A DNA stretch of 35,990 nt from Nanobdellota archaeon. GTDB taxonomy: Archaea; Nanobdellota; Nanobdellia; Woesearchaeales; B3-WOES. The stretch covers positions 1 through 35,990 of the forward strand of contig JAGLZG010000078.1 in the NCBI GenBank assembly GCA_023131705.1. The letters are read 5' to 3'. The stretch's first letter is position 1; each line of letters begins with the position of its first letter. Positions 18,683 through 26,099 of the stretch are shown here, one piece after another. Both the position numbers and the translations under genes were made by a program. The notes below the pieces were generated by a model, which had not been told where the DNA came from, did not search any database, and was given only the letters and a program-made list of their open reading frames with translations.

Positions 18683-18996
18683 ATGGAAGTATTATTCAAC
18701 TGGACAAGGACACAGAGGAAAAGATCAAAAAATTCAAGAATGGAGAGATCAACATTCAGGAGCTGAAGGATTATTTTTTCAGCCAGATGCATGACTATTC
18801 TGAGAAGAGGCTGTCTGAAAAAATGGAATCTGTCTTCAGCATAGTTGTTGATGTCAGGAAAAGATATCCAGAGGAAAGCGACAAGCTTGTTAATGGATCA
18901 GGAAGTGCTGATCCTCATATTCCTGACAGCAAATTTGCAGCTGGAGTCAGATTTGGATGTGATCTGATCAATCAAGAGATCAGCGAGCTCAAATGA
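18679..18996 (+). CDS. Hypothetical protein
   Basis: ATGA overlap with the previous gene. Confidence 0.6.
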   Translation: MNGSIIQLDKDTEEKIKKFKNGEINIQELKDYFFSQMHDYSEKRLSEKMESVFSIVVDVRKRYPEESDKLVNGSGSADPHIPDSKFAAGVRFGCDLINQEISELK

Positions 18997-19112
18997 GATG
19001 GATCAATCCTGACTGGCTGGGAAGGCTGATTGTTGCAACTCTTTTTGCTGCAATGGTTGGATCATTGGTCTTCACTTTTATCTGTTTGATCAGGATGTGT
19101 CATATTTTATGA
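18993..19112 (+). CDS. Small membrane peptide (39 aa)
   Basis: MRWINPDWLGRLIVATLFAAMVGSLVFTFICLIRMCHIL; ATGA overlap. Confidence 0.45.
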   Translation: MRWINPDWLGRLIVATLFAAMVGSLVFTFICLIRMCHIL

Positions 19113-19128
19113 TTGAGAATGATGCCAG

Positions 19129-19251
19129 ATGTCAACAATAATTTTTATTATTGCAGGATTTGCAATTCTTTTTTATATTGCTTATAGATTGACACAGGCA
19201 TGGAGAGTCCTGAAAAATATTTCATATATTTACAAAAAGGATCAGAATTGA
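19129..19251 (+). CDS. Small membrane peptide (40 aa)
   Basis: MSTIIFIIAGFAILFYIAYRLTQAW... Confidence 0.4.
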   Translation: MSTIIFIIAGFAILFYIAYRLTQAWRVLKNISYIYKKDQN

Positions 19252-19436
19252 ACATCAAGGCAGAAAAGAAAAAAGACATTAAGCAGCAGCTGAGTGATGC
19301 TGCTCAATATATAGACAAGCTGGAGATCAAGGTCAAGCAGCAGGATCAACAACTCCTCCAAGACTATCTCCTGATTGTCCAGCTCACAAAGAAATATAAG
19401 GAGCTGAAAGCTATTAAGTGGCAATTTCACAATTGA
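19200..19436 (+). CDS. Coiled-coil hypothetical protein (start uncertain)
   Basis: ORF track; helical Q/K-rich. Confidence 0.45.
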   Translation: MESPEKYFIYLQKGSELNIKAEKKKDIKQQLSDAAQYIDKLEIKVKQQDQQLLQDYLLIVQLTKKYKELKAIKWQFHN

Positions 19437-19443
19437 GGATCAT

Positions 19444-19734
19444 TTGCCAACATCAACCGACTGCATAAATCAAAAAGACTGTAAAATTCTGGCTCATGAT
19501 GAGCTGGCTTGCAGCATCAATTGCACTCAATACACTTCAGAAGCATATTCTAAAATGGGAGACAATACTTTACAGGGGGAGATATTCATCAGCAAAAAAA
19601 TTGCAAGAGACATTCTTGGCATGGCTGAGGAGATTCAATCAAAGAGTATAATTTTTGAGAACAGATGGAGGCTGCTGGCTGATGCTTGCCTTCTTAAATA
19701 TCCAGAATTATCAAAGGACTTCACTATTCACTAA
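19444..19734 (+). CDS. Hypothetical protein
   Basis: TTG start after GAGGA; Cys cluster. Confidence 0.5.
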   Translation: MPTSTDCINQKDCKILAHDELACSINCTQYTSEAYSKMGDNTLQGEIFISKKIARDILGMAEEIQSKSIIFENRWRLLADACLLKYPELSKDFTIH

Positions 19735-19761
19735 TTCTTACCTTCACAAAGGGGAGCTTTT

Positions 19762-20118
19762 ATGTTCATACAGATTTATATCAAGGATGAGCTTATCACC
19801 AGATATGGCTCAATATTTCTCCATAAACCAAATCCAGAGCTTGAAGGGACTCAGATGATTCTATCTGGATTTGAATACAAAGTTATTGAAGGAGAAAATA
19901 CTATTGAATTGAGGATTGCACATGATAAGGATGTTATTGGAGGGAAGAGTCCCATCCAAAAAGAACAGTCAGGAGATACACAAGAACAGGAAGACCAGAC
20001 AAAGGTGGATATCTCCCAGCAAGAGATTCCTCCAGTGGAGAGACCAGAGCATGATTCAACTGATGCAGCAGAGAATTCAGAGACAGTCACTCCAGAGAGT
20101 CCAGAAGATAAAGATTAA
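19762..20118 (+). CDS. Hypothetical protein whose 3' half overlaps rusA
   Basis: RBS AAAGGGGAG before ATG. Confidence 0.55.
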   Translation: MFIQIYIKDELITRYGSIFLHKPNPELEGTQMILSGFEYKVIEGENTIELRIAHDKDVIGGKSPIQKEQSGDTQEQEDQTKVDISQQEIPPVERPEHDSTDAAENSETVTPESPEDKD

Positions 20119-20296
20119 CTTCTTTTTTCCTGATCTGAAAGTTGCCGATCTGACAAATAAAGCAGATTCTGTCATGGATTTGCTTGTTGACTTTGGGATC
20201 ATCAAAGATGATTCATGGCTGGTCTGTCCTGAGTTGCATCTGTCAGGAGAGTTGAAGAGAGGCTCTGCTGGTTGTGAAATATTTATCTTAACATAA
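19922..20296 (+). CDS. rusA: RusA-family Holliday junction resolvase
   Basis: G.VPSKKNS start; DLTNKADSVMDLLVDFGIIKDD catalytic motif. Confidence 0.85.
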   Translation: MIRMLLEGRVPSKKNSQEIHKNRKTRQRWISPSKRFLQWRDQSMIQLMQQRIQRQSLQRVQKIKINFFFPDLKVADLTNKADSVMDLLVDFGIIKDDSWLVCPELHLSGELKRGSAGCEIFILT

Positions 20297-20307
20297 AAGG
20301 AGGAAGT

Positions 20308-20766
20308 GTGAGAATATCTAAAATCAAGAATCTCAAGAATTCCATTCTGATTGAATGGGAGACAAAGGAAAGCTCTGGGACTGTCAACTTTCATATGTTG
20401 GAATCAACAGAGAGAGCAAAGCCCACATTTTATCAGGCATTGCTGAAGCTCAGACCTTTTGTAATCCTAATGTGTGAGCTGGCTGATGGGTATGCTGAGA
20501 CAATGAGAGTCTCTGGAGTGTCACTCACAGAAGTTGGAGACTCCTGCTTGATGGGAGCAAAGATCACAGCAATTAAGAAATTGACAAAGAGTGATGATGT
20601 CATGAATGTGATCACTCCATTCAAATCTGCAAAGAATCCAGAGGACAAAAAACAGAATCCAAAAAAGATCATGCCTGAGAAGTGCCTCAAAGCAATCGGC
20701 AAGCTGATCTCTGAAGCTGAAGCATATATCAAGGGAGAGAGGGAGCAGACAAAGCTGGATATCTAA
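20308..20766 (+). CDS. Phage hypothetical protein
   Basis: GTG after AAAGGAGG; ends EAEAYIKGEREQTKLDI. Confidence 0.75.
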   Translation: MRISKIKNLKNSILIEWETKESSGTVNFHMLESTERAKPTFYQALLKLRPFVILMCELADGYAETMRVSGVSLTEVGDSCLMGAKITAIKKLTKSDDVMNVITPFKSAKNPEDKKQNPKKIMPEKCLKAIGKLISEAEAYIKGEREQTKLDI

Positions 20767-20817
20767 TAACTTACAAAGGCAGCAATTGAAACAGCTGCCA
20801 TTTGTATTGTTGGAGGA
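20764..20817. repeat. attC-like hairpin 1 (may also act as a terminator)
   Basis: AAC-t-TACAAAGGCAGC ... GCTGCC(A)TTTGTA-tt-GTT with one unpaired base. Confidence 0.55.
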
Positions 20818-20869
20818 AACTCCAAGATCAGAACAATTTTTATAGACGGCTAACCGATAAGGAGGTTTT

Positions 20870-21184
20870 ATGTTAATTAAAATGGATCCGTATGAAATAG
20901 TCAAAGTTTATGAATCAGCGAAAACTGTGCCTGAATTTACAAAAGTTCTTGTGGATAAGGGGGTGCATCCTGATATAGCGAATAAGTTGTGTCACGTTAT
21001 TGATGCCGCCGCTGATAAATGGGAAGTTGATCTTTCCGCATCCTCCAACAAATCAAGCCCAAAATATCCGAAGTTTAAAGATTTTTGGAAGTTGGTTCCG
21101 AATCGTGATAAAGCACTCGGTATAATGACTATGGATGAAATTAAACAATGGTCTGAAACGGTTTTTAGCGCAGCTCGATTATAG
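20870..21184 (+). CDS. Cassette A hypothetical protein
   Basis: RBS AAGGAGG; atypical codon usage (CG- and TA-containing codons). Confidence 0.75.
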   Translation: MLIKMDPYEIVKVYESAKTVPEFTKVLVDKGVHPDIANKLCHVIDAAADKWEVDLSASSNKSSPKYPKFKDFWKLVPNRDKALGIMTMDEIKQWSETVFSAARL

Positions 21185-21217
21185 TCGGATACTTCGGGCG
21201 TTGATCGCCGTTGTCAA
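21041..21217. repeat. attC-like site 2
   Basis: TCCTCCAAC-aa-ATCAAGCCCAAAATATCCGA ... TCGGATACTTCGGGC(G)TTGAT-cgcc-GTTGTCAA. Confidence 0.75.
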
Positions 21218-21255
21218 TAATTCCAAGCTCATAACGAAAATTGAAAGGATGCCAA

Positions 21256-21576
21256 ATGTTACTTGGTGCTAAAATTTTAAACAAGGATGATGGTTGGTGG
21301 CTTGAGGTTAAATCACCACTCGGATTAAATGGTATGATTAACTTGTCTAATCTTAATGGTGATATAATTCAACAGGCTTTTTGTCAGTGGGCTAATGGAA
21401 ATTGGTCTCACGAAAAAGAGGAAGCTGAACTTTCCACATTTGATAACAACGAAAGGGATGTAATTTGCTCCGATGATCTTTGCGACTATTGTGCCAATAG
21501 ACCAAAGCTTTGTAATTTCTGTGAGACAGGAATCTTTAATAAGTTCAAAGGCAGCAAACTGACACCCATTTCGTAA
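21256..21576 (+). CDS. Cassette B hypothetical protein with Cys-rich tail
   Basis: ATG after AAAGGA; atypical codon usage; CDYC..CNFC. Confidence 0.7.
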   Translation: MLLGAKILNKDDGWWLEVKSPLGLNGMINLSNLNGDIIQQAFCQWANGNWSHEKEEAELSTFDNNERDVICSDDLCDYCANRPKLCNFCETGIFNKFKGSKLTPIS

Positions 21577-21587
21577 ACGTTGTTTTC
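21440..21587. repeat. attC-like site 3
   Basis: TTGATAAC-a-ACGAAAGGGATGTAATTTGCT ... AGCAAACTGACACCC(A)TTTCGT-aaac-GTTGTTTTC. Confidence 0.75.
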
Positions 21588-21607
21588 AATAAAAAAGGAG
21601 GTTAATA

Positions 21608-21835
21608 ATGGCAGTCAAAGGATATGAGAAGGGATGCAGATTTGTCAAGGAGCATCCTGAGAATCCATGTTATTTGAGGGATGGAGATAGTGCTCTCATG
21701 AAGGTTGACAGGGGAGCTGTTGAAATATGCTCAACTTGCAGAAGGGAAAAGAGCAAGCTTGACAAGGCAATCACTGGAGAGCTCAAGGCAACTCTCCCAT
21801 CCACAACATTCAAAGACTCACTGAGGGAGGTCTGA
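21608..21835 (+). CDS. Hypothetical protein
   Basis: RBS AAGGAGG. Confidence 0.7.
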   Translation: MAVKGYEKGCRFVKEHPENPCYLRDGDSALMKVDRGAVEICSTCRREKSKLDKAITGELKATLPSTTFKDSLREV

Positions 21836-21839
21836 GCAT

Positions 21840-22187
21840 ATGGGACAGTGCATGAAGTGCGGAGCAGTGCTGGAAGGGACTGGGACAGTCTGTCCCAATG
21901 GTTGTCCTGAGCCTCAGCCAGCCTCAGACGATAGCAAGGATGCTGAGAGATATATGCTTGAATGTCCAGTTGTCACTGATGCCTGTCAGTGCCTGAAGTG
22001 CCCTCTCTTCACAAAGGAGGATTGTCCCAGAGTTGATCCAGCTCACAAGGTCATGTGTCTTCAATATGATCATGCTTATTATAATTTTTTGAAAGCAATG
22101 CAGGAATTCATTGACGAAAATGGATATATTAAAATAGGGAGGAATGATCTTGCAGCTGGAGCACCCAGGAGGATGCTGAATGTCTAA
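21840..22187 (+). CDS. Cys-rich hypothetical protein
   Basis: CMKC..CPNGC, CQCLKC. Confidence 0.65.
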   Translation: MGQCMKCGAVLEGTGTVCPNGCPEPQPASDDSKDAERYMLECPVVTDACQCLKCPLFTKEDCPRVDPAHKVMCLQYDHAYYNFLKAMQEFIDENGYIKIGRNDLAAGAPRRMLNV

Positions 22188-22266
22188 AAAAAAGAAGGCT
22201 GTCAGGAAAAAGAAGCTCAGGAAGATGAAGAGCCTGAGCAGGAGAATCAACAGGAGGAAAAAATGA
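22180..22266 (+). CDS. Highly basic 28-aa peptide
   Basis: MSKKKKAVRKKKLRKMKSLSRRINRRKK; RBS CAGGAGG; ATGA overlap with the next gene. Confidence 0.6.
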   Translation: MSKKKKAVRKKKLRKMKSLSRRINRRKK

Positions 22267-22571
22267 GAGAGCTGAATATCAAGATAACTTGTGGAGACCA
22301 TGATCCTGAGAAGGTCAACTATGATCAGGCAGCGATCACAGGGAATGAGAGATTTTATCTCTATGAGATACCAATCATCTTGACCAGATTCCTCTGTTCC
22401 CTGCTCTTGGAGGCTGATGTGCATGGGATCAGGCATGATCAGCTGTTGAGGGATGTTGAAGAGATTCCTCATGATTGTGGCACTTGTGCTGCATCAGTTG
22501 AAGAGTGTCCTCACTCTGCTGATGGAGGAGTTGATGGTGGGACTGAATGCACTTCATGGAAACCAGCATGA
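22263..22571 (+). CDS. Hypothetical protein with Cys-rich C-terminus
   Basis: CGTC...C...C; RBS AGGAGG. Confidence 0.65.
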   Translation: MRELNIKITCGDHDPEKVNYDQAAITGNERFYLYEIPIILTRFLCSLLLEADVHGIRHDQLLRDVEEIPHDCGTCAASVEECPHSADGGVDGGTECTSWKPA

Positions 22572-22670
22572 TTGATCCAACATCATTCTGTTATGGATTG
22601 TATGTTGGGGTTGTCATAATGTTGTTTCTCTGGCTTGTTGTTAAATATTAAACGTTAACAAAGGGGAGAG

Positions 22671-23213
22671 ATGAAACTGGCAGAATACAATAAAATCAAA
22701 AAGGATGTCATTGACAAGGGATATATCAAGGATATCCAGTGGGCTCAAAACATAAAGCCTCCAACTGCTGCTGCTGAATTCTGCATTGAATACATTCATG
22801 TTGTGATCAACAGTGGCATGAAAAATCAGATTGCAAATGAGATTTTCAAAAGAGTGATTCAGGCAATTCATCAGGGAGTTGACATTGCAAGAGTCTTCAA
22901 TCACACAGGGAAAGTCAATGCAATCAAATCTGTCTGGATAAAGAGACATAAAATCTGGGAGGAATATCAAAAGACAGACCTCAAATTGAGTTATCTTCAG
23001 ACTCTTCCATATATCGGCAACATAACCAAGTATCATCTGGCAAGGAATCTGGGGACTGATTGCTGCAAGCCAGACAGACATCTGATGAGGATTGCAGCAA
23101 AGTATCACTCAACTCCAGAAGAGCTTTGCGGCGAGTTGTCTGAAAAGTCAGGAGACAGGATTGGAGTTGTTGATGTTGTATTGTGGAGAGCTGGAAATCT
23201 GAAATTGATATAA
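22671..23213 (+). CDS. HhH-GPD superfamily DNA glycosylase-like protein
   Basis: LQTLPYIGNIT helix-hairpin-helix followed by KPDRHLMR (Asp at the catalytic position). Confidence 0.7.
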   Translation: MKLAEYNKIKKDVIDKGYIKDIQWAQNIKPPTAAAEFCIEYIHVVINSGMKNQIANEIFKRVIQAIHQGVDIARVFNHTGKVNAIKSVWIKRHKIWEEYQKTDLKLSYLQTLPYIGNITKYHLARNLGTDCCKPDRHLMRIAAKYHSTPEELCGELSEKSGDRIGVVDVVLWRAGNLKLI

Positions 23214-23234
23214 TCTTAACAAAGGGGAGCAATT

Positions 23235-23813
23235 ATGAATCTAAAGGAAATTGTCCAGCAGTTGGAAGACTGTGAATTCACTTGTCAGGGAGGCAGCATC
23301 ACAGAGAATGCTGCCTTTGATGAATTGAAAAAAGCAGCTGAGACATCATGCCTGATTGATATCCAGTGGCTGGAGCACACAAAGGATGATGTCCTTGCAA
23401 GGATAGGGGTCAGGGATCAGGAGCGAGCTGCTGAGGATAAGATGTATAATACAGGAGCATATAATTTTTATTTCGAGCTTCTGAAGCTGGTCAGGAGGGA
23501 GATTGAGGGGAATCCTCATGATGAAGCTGTCTCCAGATCATTCAAGGCATCATCAGCCTTTGCAATCATCCAGAGTGCTCATGACAAGGCTCTGAAGAAT
23601 TTTCCTGAATTCCCAGCTGATCCTATTCATGCAGCATCCATTCTGGCTGAGGAAGCTGGAGAGGTCTGCAAGGCTGCAAATCAGATCACATATGAAGATG
23701 GACTATATACAGACCTCATGAAAGAGGCAGCTCACACTGGAGCAATGGCAGCCAGAATCCTGACTCACATTCTGGATATGCAGGAGAATCCCTCTTCCCA
23801 GCTGAGAGGATAA
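23235..23813 (+). CDS. Protein with C-terminal MazG-like NTP pyrophosphatase domain
   Basis: ILAEEAGEVCKA...LMKEAAHTGAMA. Confidence 0.7.
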   Translation: MNLKEIVQQLEDCEFTCQGGSITENAAFDELKKAAETSCLIDIQWLEHTKDDVLARIGVRDQERAAEDKMYNTGAYNFYFELLKLVRREIEGNPHDEAVSRSFKASSAFAIIQSAHDKALKNFPEFPADPIHAASILAEEAGEVCKAANQITYEDGLYTDLMKEAAHTGAMAARILTHILDMQENPSSQLRG

Positions 23814-24059
23814 ATGAGAGAGCTGATCTTCAGAATCAGAGATGGATTCAGGAGTCTGATCCATCTCTATTTTTTGGGACAGGCTCAGAAGAGTCTGGAG
23901 ATCATGGATGGACATCTGGAATTCCAGTGTCAATATGGTCTGTATCCAAAGAATTCACTCATTGCAGCTCAACTGAATCTGCTGCTTGTATGGATTGACT
24001 TCATGATTCAGATTGCAACTGTATTCTACAACGTCAAGAACGTCAAGGAGGAGTCATGA
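23814..24059 (+). CDS. Hypothetical protein
   Basis: ORF tiles the operon. Confidence 0.5.
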   Translation: MRELIFRIRDGFRSLIHLYFLGQAQKSLEIMDGHLEFQCQYGLYPKNSLIAAQLNLLLVWIDFMIQIATVFYNVKNVKEES

Positions 24060-24286
24060 TGAAAAAAGGACAATCAACTGCATCTCTTGGAATGGTCAAT
24101 GATTTCACTGGTAAAGAGAGAGACTATGGATTGGCAACAGTGATTGACATTGAAGGAAAATATGTCAAAGTGAAAGCAGTGCCAAAATTAGGAAAAAAAT
24201 TCAAGACATTCTGGCTGATGATCACTCCAGAGATTGAGGAGAAATTTGAAGCAGGAGGAATTAATGTTGAGGGAGGAGGATGCTGA
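24056..24286 (+). CDS. Hypothetical protein
   Basis: RBS GGAGG; ATGA overlap. Confidence 0.6.
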   Translation: MMKKGQSTASLGMVNDFTGKERDYGLATVIDIEGKYVKVKAVPKLGKKFKTFWLMITPEIEEKFEAGGINVEGGGC

Positions 24287-24287
24287 T

Positions 24288-24539
24288 ATGGGAAGGATTG
24301 AAATCACAGGAAGACAGCTCCTTGAGCTCTGCATTCAGGGACTCAAGAATAGAAGAGTCAAGCAGACACTGGAGTTGATGAGGGATGCCTTGAAGCAAGC
24401 TGATGAAGACATGGAGATATTTATTGATAAAAGACAGAAGCTCTCAGGGAATGTCCTTGCATGGCTGGGAGTCAACAGAGACAAGCTGCCAGCTGAGGCA
24501 GTTGACAGACTGCAAAACATCTGCAATAAAGGAGATTGA
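24288..24539 (+). CDS. Hypothetical protein
   Basis: ATG 24288 (MGRIEIT...) after GGAGGA; track ORF trimmed. Confidence 0.55.
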   Translation: MGRIEITGRQLLELCIQGLKNRRVKQTLELMRDALKQADEDMEIFIDKRQKLSGNVLAWLGVNRDKLPAEAVDRLQNICNKGD

Positions 24540-24540
24540 T

Positions 24541-24777
24541 ATGCCAGATATAAAAGAGAATCTGAGGACAATGCTTATTGACAACATAACAAAGACTTTT
24601 AAAGACACTCATCTCAAAATAGAGGTCAAGGATGGATTCCTGACAATTGACATTGTTGATTCAGAAGATAAGGAGCTCTTCTTGATGGACAAGGCAAGGC
24701 TGCCTCATATCAGGAAAGCATTTCAATTCAGATATAAAAGTCCAATAGTCATGAATGTTGATATATCTACAAATTGA
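24541..24777 (+). CDS. Hypothetical protein
   Basis: ATG 24541 (MPDIKEN...) after AAAGGAG. Confidence 0.6.
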   Translation: MPDIKENLRTMLIDNITKTFKDTHLKIEVKDGFLTIDIVDSEDKELFLMDKARLPHIRKAFQFRYKSPIVMNVDISTN

Positions 24778-24788
24778 GGAGATTGACA

Positions 24789-25004
24789 ATGGCAAATATT
24801 AAAACAACAGTGACATTCATATCCTTCCAGATTCAGGAGACTCAGACAATTGCAACTATTCAATATAAGATTGAGCCAGAGGAGGGGGCTGTCTGGGGAG
24901 GAGGGAAGAGAATGAAATCTTTTCCTCCTGAGAAGTCTGTTGTTGATATCATGCTGGAGGAGATTCCTTCTTATAACTTTATGCAATGGGAGAGGGCTGA
25001 ATGA
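24789..25004 (+). CDS. Hypothetical protein
   Basis: ATG after GAGGAG. Confidence 0.6.
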   Translation: MANIKTTVTFISFQIQETQTIATIQYKIEPEEGAVWGGGKRMKSFPPEKSVVDIMLEEIPSYNFMQWERAE

Positions 25005-25474
25005 AGCATAGTGAATTGGTGCAAATTGCTGCAAAGTGGATGAGAGGAAAATATCTGATTGTGATCACTGAAATGGCAAGCGGAGCAGGAGAGGAAGCTG
25101 ATGTCATTGGATTCAATGGATATAACAGCACTCTCATTGAATGCAAAGCATCTATCATGGATTTTAATACTGACAAATACAAATCTTACAGAAGATATCC
25201 AGAGTCAGGCATGGGAAGTCAAAGATATTACTTTACAATTGGAAAGCTCTTGCATCCACAGAATCTCCCTGAAGGCTGGGGACTTCTTGAATTGCATGGG
25301 AAAAGAGTGTATAATATACGTAATTCTGTGAATTTTAAAAAAGATTACAGGAAAGAGTTGTCTCTGTTGACAAGCGCAATCAGAAGGATAGGAAAAACAG
25401 CTCCCAAAGGAATTAGTGTCAGATGTTATCCATACAAGACAAAGAACAGAGCATCTATACATATTGATATTTAA
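25001..25474 (+). CDS. PD-(D/E)XK nuclease-like protein (MmcB-related)
   Basis: EEADVIGF...STLIECKAS..DF..D, RYYF, LPEGWGLL. Confidence 0.7.
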   Translation: MKHSELVQIAAKWMRGKYLIVITEMASGAGEEADVIGFNGYNSTLIECKASIMDFNTDKYKSYRRYPESGMGSQRYYFTIGKLLHPQNLPEGWGLLELHGKRVYNIRNSVNFKKDYRKELSLLTSAIRRIGKTAPKGISVRCYPYKTKNRASIHIDI

Positions 25475-25516
25475 AGATACAACCTCACAGATACAACCTC
25501 AAGAAAACAACCTCAC
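25475..25516 (+). repeat. Three tandem 13-15 bp repeats, core ACAACCTCA
   Basis: AGATACAACCTCAC / AGATACAACCTCA / AGAAAACAACCTCAC. Confidence 0.9.
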
Positions 25517-25571
25517 TTGACAGAGGCTCTGAAAAGAGCTTCATCCTCTCATATTATATCAGGACTCAAAA

Positions 25572-26093
25572 ATGGCTCTTGAAAAGAAGGTTATTGATGC
25601 AGACTTCCTCCTGCTGTTGGAGGACACTGTTGCTGCTGGAGCAGATTCAAATCATAAGATTGCAGAAGCTCTGGATTGGGCTGATTCAACATGGAAAAAT
25701 TATAGATATGGAAGAGGCAAAAAGAAACATTATGCCAAATTCAAGCAACCAATTGAAACTGCCATAAAAAAAGGAATTGCCAGACGCAAGGACACAATCC
25801 TCAGAATTGCTGAAGATGCAATAGTCAAGCAATTGCAAGGATGGGAATATGATGAGGTCACAACCACTGAAAAGAATATCCCTGTTGGAAGATTCAAGAA
25901 TGGGAAAATCATCTGGGGGACAGAGATATCAAGGAAGGTTGTCACAAAGAGAGTCCTCCCCAATGCCATGATCACTATTTTTTCAGCTGTGAATTGTGGA
26001 GATGGAAAGTGGATGAGCATCAACAATCCTCCAGCTGCTGGAGACAGTGACAGAGAAGGAATCCTCAAGAACATTGACAAGATGCTGGAATAA
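25572..26093 (+). CDS. terS: Terminase small subunit
   Basis: N-terminal HTH; GWEYDEVTT...KVVTKRVLPN; directly upstream of TerL. Confidence 0.75.
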   Translation: MALEKKVIDADFLLLLEDTVAAGADSNHKIAEALDWADSTWKNYRYGRGKKKHYAKFKQPIETAIKKGIARRKDTILRIAEDAIVKQLQGWEYDEVTTTEKNIPVGRFKNGKIIWGTEISRKVVTKRVLPNAMITIFSAVNCGDGKWMSINNPPAAGDSDREGILKNIDKMLE

Positions 26094-26099
26094 TGTCAA

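Noticed and set aside
22636-22660. TTGTTAA...AAACGTTAACAA, and AAACGTC at ~11426, as further attC right ends
   Set aside because: No matching long left arm found upstream; they overlap the start-associated motif
25475-25516. Mini CRISPR array
   Set aside because: Repeats are 13-15 bp and directly adjacent, with no spacers and no cas genes
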